This document shows, in pieces, positions 53,370-61,162 of a stretch of DNA of 64,000 nt. The notes beneath the pieces were generated by a model. That model was given only the letters and a program-made list of their open reading frames with translations, ran no database searches and was not told the origin of the DNA. The position numbers were made by a program, and so were the translations under genes. Numbering within the stretch: the first letter of the stretch is position 1; each line of letters starts with the position of its first letter. This DNA comes from an uncultured Gemmatimonadales bacterium (GTDB lineage Bacteria > Gemmatimonadota > Gemmatimonadetes > Longimicrobiales > Longimicrobiaceae): assembly GCA_963716255.1 (NCBI GenBank), contig OY970303.1, positions 6,624,001 through 6,688,000 on the forward strand. The letters are read 5' to 3'.

Positions 53370-53568
53370 GGCATGTACCTGCTGGGTGAGCTGTACGTGG
53401 AGGGCACGGCGGGGGACCGTCCCCGCCCGGCACCCTCCGCCGGGCTCCCCTTCCCGGCGGAGGGCGGAGAGGGGGGGGCAAGGGAGGGAACGCGGAGTGG
53501 AATGGAGGGGAAAGGGAGGGAGACGGTGCGGGATGTTCGTCGGTTTCGGGCCGGAGCGTGCGGTTCCG

Positions 53569-54411
53569 TCAGCCCCGCCGACCCCCGCGCATCACCGGCC
53601 GGTCCAGTTTGAACGCCCTTTCCAGCGGGAAGTCGGGGTCGGGCGTTCCCACCATCATGATCTGGGGCTCCTGCCCCGGGTTGTCGTGCCGCACGCGCTC
53701 GCACAGACGCGAGTGCAGCGCGCAGAAGCTGTCCCGGAACGCCCCGCGTTCCCACAGAGCCAGCAGGTGGCGGATGTAGAGCCCTTCCCGCGCCTTCTGC
53801 CCTTCGGCGGCGCACGCCATCATCAGCACGCTGGCGCGGATGCCGTCGTCGTGAGACGGGACGCGCGAGATGCACGACGGCAGCGACTGGGCGTACTGCT
53901 TCACCCCCCGCATCACCGGGCCGGCGGAGCGGTATACCGGCCGGCCCGGGGCGGGCGGCGGGCCGGGATACCCGGCCAGCACGTCGTCGCCGTAGCGCTC
54001 CATCCCGCCGCCGAAGCAGCTCTCCGTCACCAGCAGCACGCGCGTCCCGGGTGCCGCCAGCCTCCAGATCTCCGTCAGCTCGTCGTCGACGAGGTCGGCG
54101 TCGTGAAGGCACCAGGTCTCGTCCCACCCGTCGCGTTCGTCGCCGTTCGCGTCGGGCACCCGCGAGCCGTGGCCCGAGAAGGAGACGAACAGGGTCTGGC
54201 GGGGCTCCAGCGCCCGCGCGGCAGCGGAAAGGAGGCCGGCGACCGCGCTCCGGGTGGCGTCGGCGCCGCGCAGCACGTGGATGGCGCCGTAGCCCGCCTG
54301 GTGCGCGAGCTCCGCCATCTTCCACGCGCTCTCCTCGCTGAGCGACAGCGCGCACTCGCCGGGCGAAGCCGGGTCGTTCACTCCGATGTGGATCGAGGTA
54401 CCTCGTGCCAT
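53569..54411 (-). CDS. Metacaspase/orthocaspase-like peptidase C14
   Basis: From ATG 54411: SIHIGVN, ATR, FVSFSGHGSRVPDANGDERDGWDETWCLHD..LVDDEL, VTESCFGG, MACAAEGQKA, QEPQ. Confidence 0.87.
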   Translation of the reverse strand: MARGTSIHIGVNDPASPGECALSLSEESAWKMAELAHQAGYGAIHVLRGADATRSAVAGLLSAAARALEPRQTLFVSFSGHGSRVPDANGDERDGWDETWCLHDADLVDDELTEIWRLAAPGTRVLLVTESCFGGGMERYGDDVLAGYPGPPPAPGRPVYRSAGPVMRGVKQYAQSLPSCISRVPSHDDGIRASVLMMACAAEGQKAREGLYIRHLLALWERGAFRDSFCALHSRLCERVRHDNPGQEPQIMMVGTPDPDFPLERAFKLDRPVMRGGRRG

Positions 54412-54476
54412 GGACGGTCTCCGGACGGGGGCGGGCGCCGCCGCGGTCGCGGCGGCGCCGGGGTGCGAGCCGTGGA

Positions 54477-55334
54477 TCAGCCCCCGCCCCCGTCTCCGTC
54501 CCCATTCCCGTCCCCGACGCCGGCGATCAGGCAGGTGTACGGCATCCCGCCCATGTCGGGGGGAATCGCCTCGCACGGGTTGGCGAGCGGCGGACACTCG
54601 GCCAGCTCCCCCCGGTACCGGGGGAGCACCGTGGGCACGGGCCCGCCGAAAAGGGCGTAGTAGGCCGAGAAGTGGTGAGGGGTGAAGCCGGGCGCCGGCA
54701 CCGGCTGGTGGTGCAGGGGAAGCGGCTCCGGCGGGAGATCTTGCGTGGTCTCGTGATACACGACCAGATTCACCCGCCCGTTCATGGGGAACAACGTGCC
54801 CAGCGCCTTCTGCTCGCCGCCTCCGCCGATGAGCTCCGAAACCAGCGTGAGCTGCTCGCCTTCCACGTCGGTGATCTCCCATTCCACCCGGTGGGCGATC
54901 GGGCGGAGCTCGCCCGGGAGCCACTCCCAGCACACCCCCGGCGACACCCGCGTGATCCTGCCCGCGCCCAGCGTCACGCGCGCCGTCAGCTTCTTCCCCG
55001 TGTCGGCGCCCAGGTGGTCGGGGTCCACCCCGCGCTGCGTGATCTCGCGCAGGTCCGGGATGTGGCCGCACATCGCGAGGTCGGCTTCTTCGCCGGCCAC
55101 CGGCGTCACCTGCCGGCCCGAGATCGGCGCCATGGCGGTGATGCCGGTGGGCGTGCCCCCCGGGGCCAGGTGCCCCGTGTCGTACGCCACCGCGGCCACG
55201 TGCCGGTCGGCCCCGCAGTGGTGGCCGAACATGCTGGGCATCAGCACGTGCATCCGGCCGGTGCTTCCGCCGCCGGCGCGCTCGGGCACGAAGAGGCAGA
55301 GTCCCGAGAAGGTGATTCGGAGAGTGAAGGCCAT
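54477..55334 (-). CDS. Hypothetical protein (285 aa), His/Cys/Pro-rich with a Gly-Asp tail
   Basis: Coding-like composition from ATG 55334 (MAFTLRITFSGLCLFVP...); co-oriented with the metacaspase and 65 bp upstream of it; no family recognised. Confidence 0.7.
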   Translation of the reverse strand: MAFTLRITFSGLCLFVPERAGGGSTGRMHVLMPSMFGHHCGADRHVAAVAYDTGHLAPGGTPTGITAMAPISGRQVTPVAGEEADLAMCGHIPDLREITQRGVDPDHLGADTGKKLTARVTLGAGRITRVSPGVCWEWLPGELRPIAHRVEWEITDVEGEQLTLVSELIGGGGEQKALGTLFPMNGRVNLVVYHETTQDLPPEPLPLHHQPVPAPGFTPHHFSAYYALFGGPVPTVLPRYRGELAECPPLANPCEAIPPDMGGMPYTCLIAGVGDGNGDGDGGGG

Positions 55335-55507
55335 CGTCTTTGCAGCCCCGTGTGAGAGTGGATGTTCCATTCCGCCGGCCGCAGGCCCTGCCCGCCGTCC
55401 GGGTGCAACACATTCGTCGGACGGGCTCCGCGCGATTCCCATCCGCATTCCTCCGGGGTGCTTTCCCGCGCGCCCGGCGGGGTCCGGCGCTCCGCGAGCG
55501 GCTCCTG

Positions 55508-56293
55508 ATGCTTGATCGCGAAGCCGCCGCGGCGCTCTTCCTGGAGCACCTGGACTGGATCAACAGGGCCACCTCCCGGGCGTGCGGCAACAAAGGCGTC
55601 TGGGGCGATGACGCCGAGGACTTCGCGGCCCAGGTGCGAATGAAGCTGATGGAGGACGACTACGCAGTAGTGCGCGGCTATGTCGGGACCTCCAAGTTCA
55701 GGACGTACCTGGCGACCGTGGTCCAGCGTCACCTCGCCGACTTCCTGCGTGAGCAGCGGGGCCGCTGGCGTCCTTCCACGGCCGCCGAGCGGCTGGGCTC
55801 GCCCGCGGTGGACCTGGAGACGCTGGTGCGCCGCTACGGCTACACGCTCCAGGAGGCGGGAGAGAAGCTGCGCACCGCGGGCCGCACCACCCTCTCCGAC
55901 GCCGAGCTCGCGCGCATCCTCGGCCAGCTGCCCGAGCGTCAGCCGCTTCGTCCCGTGGTGGGAGAGCCGGCCACCGGGCTGGGTGCTGCGCCGGGCGACT
56001 CGCGCGCGGACGACCGGGTGCTCGAGTCCGAGGCCGACACCCGGCGCGCGGAAATCATGGGTGTGCTCGATACGGCCTTGCAGCAGCTGGCGCAGGAAGA
56101 GCAGCTTATCATGAGGCTGCACTTTGCCGAGGGACGCACGCTGGCCGACGTGGCGCGCGCCCTGCGCCTGGACCAGAAACCACTGTACCGGCGCGTCGAT
56201 CGCCTGCGCGCCCGCCTGCGCGCCCGCCTGGAAAGCGAAGGGCTGAACGTGGACGACGTGCGCGGCCTCCTTGACGGGAGCGACGCACCATGA
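55508..56293 (+). CDS. ECF-type sigma-70 family RNA polymerase sigma factor
   Basis: Region 2: DDAEDF..QV..KL....F/Y.G.SKFRTYLATVV. Region 4: ALQQLAQEEQLIMRLHFAEGRTLADVARAL...LYRRVDR. Long insertion between the two regions. Start ATG 55508. Confidence 0.9.
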   Translation: MLDREAAAALFLEHLDWINRATSRACGNKGVWGDDAEDFAAQVRMKLMEDDYAVVRGYVGTSKFRTYLATVVQRHLADFLREQRGRWRPSTAAERLGSPAVDLETLVRRYGYTLQEAGEKLRTAGRTTLSDAELARILGQLPERQPLRPVVGEPATGLGAAPGDSRADDRVLESEADTRRAEIMGVLDTALQQLAQEEQLIMRLHFAEGRTLADVARALRLDQKPLYRRVDRLRARLRARLESEGLNVDDVRGLLDGSDAP

Positions 56294-56339
56294 GCGGGAG
56301 GAATCGCGGGCGCCGCGAGCCCTTCGCAGGAGGTTGCCG

Positions 56340-57341
56340 ATGAGCGACCACGAGAGCGACGACGAGCGGGTGGCCGCCTTCCTGGACGGCCGCATGGACG
56401 CGCGCCGGCGGGAGGAGATGCTTGCCCACCTGAACGCGAACGACGAGGACCGCGCGGTCCTCGCCGACACAGCGGCCCTCCTGCGCCAGCTGGAAGAGGA
56501 GGATGCCGCCGCGATACCGGAGATGCCCGCGTCCACCGCGAAGCCGGGGCGTGACGACACGGCGCAGGGTGTGGTCTCCCTGAATGCGCACCGCCGCCTG
56601 CAGGGAGAGCCCGAGCGCGAGGTCCGTCCGGCGCGGGCGCGAGTCCTCCGCTGGGTGGCGCTCGTAGCGGTGCTGGCGGGCGTCGTGCTGGTCACCGGAC
56701 GGCTGCTGCAGAGCCCACCCTCCATCGGCGACGAGCCGGTGCGCCTCGCTGCGCGGCTGGAGCGCGGCTCGCGGGGACTGCCCGCGGGGTGGACCGAGCT
56801 GCGGCCGTGGACGCCCGCGCGCGGAAACGATCCGGGCGGCGCCCGGTCACCCGGCGAGAGGTCGGCCAGGTCGGTGCGTGCCGGCGCGATGCTGGTGGAC
56901 CTTTCGGTGGCGGTGCACGCACGCGACGCCGCGGCCACACGGGTGCTCGCGAGCCAGATCGCCGGCCGCTTCGATCCGCAGGGGGGACGAAGCGGTGCGC
57001 TCCGCGAGATCGCCGACAGCGCCGGGGCAAGCCCGGAGCGGCTGCGGCCGCTGGTTGGCGAGGCCACGGAGCGGATCGCGAAGCGGCTGGACCAGGAGTC
57101 GCTGCGGCTGGGCGCCTGGACCGAGGCCGCCGGGCTGGCCGCCGCGTGGCAGGACGCCGGCTTCTTCCGCGACGGAGAGACGCGGCAGATGCTGGACCAG
57201 GCCGGGCGGCTGGCCGCAGGAGATCGGGCGGCCGAAGCGGCGGTGCAGCAGGTGCGGATCCTGCTGGCGGCCGATCCTCCGCGGTGGGAGACGCTCGCCT
57301 CCGCGATCGACACGCTGGCCCGCGAGCTCGCGAGCGAGTGA
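56340..57341 (+). CDS. Putative membrane-anchored anti-sigma factor (degenerate zf-HC2-like N-terminus, one TM helix, helical C-terminal domain)
   Basis: Directly follows the sigma gene, GGAGG RBS. ERVAAFLDGRMDARRREEMLAHL resembles the ZAS anti-sigma helix. TM segment WVALVAVLAGVVLV. Confidence 0.75.
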   Translation: MSDHESDDERVAAFLDGRMDARRREEMLAHLNANDEDRAVLADTAALLRQLEEEDAAAIPEMPASTAKPGRDDTAQGVVSLNAHRRLQGEPEREVRPARARVLRWVALVAVLAGVVLVTGRLLQSPPSIGDEPVRLAARLERGSRGLPAGWTELRPWTPARGNDPGGARSPGERSARSVRAGAMLVDLSVAVHARDAAATRVLASQIAGRFDPQGGRSGALREIADSAGASPERLRPLVGEATERIAKRLDQESLRLGAWTEAAGLAAAWQDAGFFRDGETRQMLDQAGRLAAGDRAAEAAVQQVRILLAADPPRWETLASAIDTLARELASE

Positions 57342-57382
57342 GCCGGAGCCCCGTATCGCTGCGAGCTCCCTCGTTTTCGCGC

Positions 57383-60300
57383 TCAGCTCCCGATGTAGCG
57401 GAATCCGGCCCACGCCGCGGGTGAGCTCCGCGCGGGGTCGCGCGAGCGCAGCAGCTCCAGCTGGGCCTCGCGCAACGCCGCGGCCGGGTCGTCCAAGCGG
57501 AGGTAGGCGCGGTGGAACGCCAGCATCAACGGCCGCGTCAGCCGGTCGTCGGCCTCCCGCAGGCTCCCCACCACCCCACCCGCGCCCGCCGCCAGCAGCG
57601 CACCGGAGAATCCCGCCAGTCCGCCCGAGCGTCCCGCGCGCGAGCGCGCCGTGTGGCACGCCGCGAGCACCACCAGGCGCACCCCGCGGAGCTGGATTGC
57701 GTTCACGGCGTCCGCCGTGAGGCGCCCGGTGGTGTCGGGCCCCGCGAGCACCAGCGCCGACCGCTCCGGCCGCGCATCGTCGAACACCGCGTGGCCGGCG
57801 TAATGGATGACGCGGGCATCGGGCGCGCGGCGGAGCAGGGCGTCGCGCGTGGCGGCGGGACCCTGGAGCACCACGCTCGCCGGGTACACCGTGCGAAGCG
57901 AGGCGACCTCCGCCCGCGCGTCCCGGAGCCTGTCGAGCGTGGGGTACTGCATCGGGTCGAAGGCGGGGTCCGCCACGAGGAGCGCGGAGGCCGGCCGGCG
58001 GGCCGGGGGGGCGGACCGGGCCGCTTCGGCCAGGGTGGCGGCGAAGCGGAGCGGGTGGTCCTGCACCAGATAGCGGGCCGGCCCGGAGTCCACCAGGGCG
58101 TCGAAGGGCACACCGGCGATCTCGCCGTCCACGACGATCACGAGCGGCGTCCCGGCAGGCCCCAGGCGCTTCTCGACCGGCCGAACCAGCAGCTCGTGGA
58201 GCCGCGCCAGGTCCGGGCGGGCGAGCTCCGCCCGGACGGGCGACTCCAGCGCGGCGACGCTCCGCTCGATCATCGCGAGGACGTCGCCGCGGCGGACGAC
58301 CTGGCGCAGCAGGCGCACGTCGTCTCCGCGCAGCGTCCACGTGAGCAGCGTGTCCCCGATCAGGGCGTACTCCACCGCCACCTGCCCGGCGGGTGCCGCC
58401 GAACGGCCGGCGCCCAGCGCGGCGGCCCCGTACCCGGGCGCGAACGAGACGCGGCCCTGCTCCACCGCCTGCAGCGCGGCGATCGTGTCGCCGGCGCGCA
58501 GGTGCAGCATCACCATCTGGTCGAAGCGGCCGCGCGTGTGCTCCATCGCCGCGGCCCGCGTCGACGCGTCGTGGATCTCCTGGGAAAGGCCACGGACGTG
58601 GGCCGTGGCCGCGCTCAGGTCGGCGGTGGCGCCCGCCAGGTTCCCCCGCGCGAGCCGGACGTCGGCCCGGTGCAGGAGCGCGGGGAGAAGCCATCCCGAG
58701 TTGGTGTTCTCGCTGAAGAAGGCCACGGCGGAGTCCAGCTCCGCCGTTGAAGCCGTGGCGGGTGCCACGAGTGCGCGTGAGAAGTGTACCGTTTCGGTGA
58801 GCCACTTGCGCGGCTCTTCGGCGCGTATCTTCGCCAAGAGCGACTGGGCGCGGTCCACGTCACGCGCCGCCAGGGACGACCGCCCCTCGATCGAGCGGAT
58901 ACGAGCCCGGCCGAGGAGGGCCTCGACGGCGTTCGGCCGGCGGTGGTCGCGCATGGCTACGGCAACGTCCTCGTCCTGGACGGCCGCCGCGGCGCGGGGC
59001 ATCCGGTCGACGGCCGCGAAGTGCGCCAGCATGAACAGCGCGTTGTGGAGCCGAACGGATGAACGATATGCGCGCAGCGACATGATCCCGCGGTGCGTCA
59101 GGTGGTACGCTGCCAGCGTATCCCTCTGACCGTAGGCCGCTTCCCCCTCCATCTGCCACTGGGCCGCCGCGTACTCGGTCTCCCCCGCGCTTCCGAACAG
59201 CCGGGCCGCGGCCCGGTACGCAGCGCGTGCTTCCGGGAAGCGGTCGTTGCGGAGCAGTCCCGAGCCGCGCATCCACCAGGAGCGGGCGGCCAGAGCCGGA
59301 TACCGCGCCGGGTCGATCCGGGGCACCAGCGCCGCGAACGTGGCGTCGGCCCTGTCGAAATCGCCCGCGTATACCAGGGTCGCAGCCCGGAAGACTTCCG
59401 CCGTGAGCACGAGCACGGGGGAGAGCGGCCGCATCTTCACGACGTGCGTGAACGAGTCTCCCGCGGCGACCTGCTCCGAGCTATCGTACAGGCGCTGCCC
59501 CGCCGCGAACGTGCGGTGTGCGCGGGCGAGCCTGCGTGTGGCGGCGGGGCTGTCCTCGGCGGCCCGGATCGCCCGCACCGCGTCGGCCAGCGAGGCATCT
59601 CCGCCGCGTCCTTCCAGCGCGCCGCCCAGGCGCTCGGCGAGCTGCAGCAGCTCCGCGGCCCGGGCCGAGTGGCCGGCCTCGTGTGCGCTGCCCCAGTCGC
59701 CGAGCACCGAGTCCCACCCGTACAGGCGCGCCTCCTGCGGATGTGCGTCGGCGAACGCGCGCACCTCCGCCCCGGGAGCGCCGGGCCGGGGCGCCGGGGC
59801 CGTCGGAGGGGGCCGGAGGGAGCTGCGCCGCTCCCGCGCCTCGTCTGCCCACGTGCCCGTCGAGTCGATGCGCAGATACTCTGTCCAGGCGATCCCGGCC
59901 TGCTCATCCAGCCCCAGCGTTTGCAGCAGGAGGGCGGTGTTGAACCGCGCGGCCGGGTTGAGGGGCTCGGTCGCGACTGCCTCCAGTGCGTAGTTCAACC
60001 CTTCCAGCAGGTCGCGTGGATTCTGGGTGCGCTGGGCGCGGACGAAGTGTGCGCCCGACAGGTCGACCAGCAGCGGCACCCGCCGGCGCGAGAGCCGCAG
60101 CGCCCTGGACAGCCGGGCGACCGCCGCGTCCGCCGCCTGCTCCGTGTCGTCATCGCCGATGATCGCCAGCAGCGCCGACGCCTGGACCGAGTCCGGGTCG
60201 GAGCTTTCACCGGCATCGGCCAGCACCTCGAAGCCGGACAGTGGGCCGGCATCGGCTCCGCACGACTCGCGGGGCACCGTTTCGTCCGCCCCTGCTCGAC

Positions 60301-60517
60301 GGACGGAGCATGGGTGGTATTCGACCGGGATGGAGAAGCGCGGCGAGAGAACGCGGGTGGGCCGGGCAGCCGCCAGCTCGCTCAAGATCGTGGCGTGCGG
60401 AGGCTCACGGTGGGCCCCGGCCGCCATTGCTCCCAGGACGGTGGCGCCGCTCAGCAGCAGAAGGGGCCAGCGCTTCAGTGGTGCGCGAGGCAAGAGGCGT
60501 GACGAGGACTGAGACAC
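57383..60517 (-). CDS. TPR-like repeat + C-terminal CHAT protease with N-terminal signal peptide or membrane anchor
   Basis: KRWPLLLLSGATVLGAMAAGA; long helical repeat region; CHAT motifs VIVVDGEIAGVPFDAL, IHYAGHA (His), LVVLAAC (Cys), LAAGAGGVVGSL, PAAWAGF. Confidence 0.9.
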   Translation of the reverse strand: MSQSSSRLLPRAPLKRWPLLLLSGATVLGAMAAGAHREPPHATILSELAAARPTRVLSPRFSIPVEYHPCSVRRAGADETVPRESCGADAGPLSGFEVLADAGESSDPDSVQASALLAIIGDDDTEQAADAAVARLSRALRLSRRRVPLLVDLSGAHFVRAQRTQNPRDLLEGLNYALEAVATEPLNPAARFNTALLLQTLGLDEQAGIAWTEYLRIDSTGTWADEARERRSSLRPPPTAPAPRPGAPGAEVRAFADAHPQEARLYGWDSVLGDWGSAHEAGHSARAAELLQLAERLGGALEGRGGDASLADAVRAIRAAEDSPAATRRLARAHRTFAAGQRLYDSSEQVAAGDSFTHVVKMRPLSPVLVLTAEVFRAATLVYAGDFDRADATFAALVPRIDPARYPALAARSWWMRGSGLLRNDRFPEARAAYRAAARLFGSAGETEYAAAQWQMEGEAAYGQRDTLAAYHLTHRGIMSLRAYRSSVRLHNALFMLAHFAAVDRMPRAAAAVQDEDVAVAMRDHRRPNAVEALLGRARIRSIEGRSSLAARDVDRAQSLLAKIRAEEPRKWLTETVHFSRALVAPATASTAELDSAVAFFSENTNSGWLLPALLHRADVRLARGNLAGATADLSAATAHVRGLSQEIHDASTRAAAMEHTRGRFDQMVMLHLRAGDTIAALQAVEQGRVSFAPGYGAAALGAGRSAAPAGQVAVEYALIGDTLLTWTLRGDDVRLLRQVVRRGDVLAMIERSVAALESPVRAELARPDLARLHELLVRPVEKRLGPAGTPLVIVVDGEIAGVPFDALVDSGPARYLVQDHPLRFAATLAEAARSAPPARRPASALLVADPAFDPMQYPTLDRLRDARAEVASLRTVYPASVVLQGPAATRDALLRRAPDARVIHYAGHAVFDDARPERSALVLAGPDTTGRLTADAVNAIQLRGVRLVVLAACHTARSRAGRSGGLAGFSGALLAAGAGGVVGSLREADDRLTRPLMLAFHRAYLRLDDPAAALREAQLELLRSRDPARSSPAAWAGFRYIGS

Positions 60518-60883
60518 GTGTATGTCACGGATGCGGGAAATGCGGAGGGATGGGAATGATCGAGAGGTAAGAAACTACGGAGCCGGCACGAACCCGGGGC
60601 GGCTGGTTGGGCATTCGCTCCGCCCGCCACTCGGGAATTGTCTCACATTGCACTCGCAGAGTCAACGGACATCGTGAGGAACTTTTGATCCAGGATTCGC
60701 CGCCTCATCACACCGGGCAGACGATACGCCCCGGAGCCGTGCGCGGCCCGGGTGAACTGCATGGCACCCGTCTGCCGCCGGGGAATCCGGAGTGATATGC
60801 GCCGGGGCGTGGGATGCCGGATAGGGTCGCCGTGCGGCGCCCTGCCCGGTAAAGGGCCGGGATGACCGCGCCAGCAATCGTTC

Positions 60884-61066
60884 CCTCCCAGGAAGTTTGC
60901 CCCTGGAACTCGTTCGCGGAGCCCACGGGCGAGACCGCGTTCCTGCCGCGCGACGGGATCGACTGCGCCTCCCCGATCGAGCCGATGGGGGTGACGCAGG
61001 AGGAGCTCTCGCGGCGCTTCAGGGGCTCGGTGGTGAAGCGGACCATGCAGCGGGGGCTGCTGCGCA
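60884..61066 (+). pseudogene. queG: 3' fragment of epoxyqueuosine reductase, copy 2 (more decayed)
   Basis: SQEVCPWNSFAEPTGETAFLPRDG...MGVTQEELSRRFRGSVVKRTMQRGLLR; collinear with 49372-49554 at offset 11512. Confidence 0.8.
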
Positions 61067-61162
61067 TCACCGCATCCATGACCCACACGGCCGGCCGGCG
61101 ACTGTTTGCCGGGGCGCGCCGGCCCCGTCCCTTCAGGTAGCCGACGCGAGCCGGACTCGCAG

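Noticed and set aside
54412..55593. 674 aa version of the metacaspase
   Set aside because: The extension overlaps the hypothetical gene in another frame and is Arg/Gly noise.
49372..61066. CRISPR array, Cas7-11/Craspase locus, integrase or prophage
   Set aside because: No regularly spaced repeats, cas genes, recombinase motifs or phage genes were seen.
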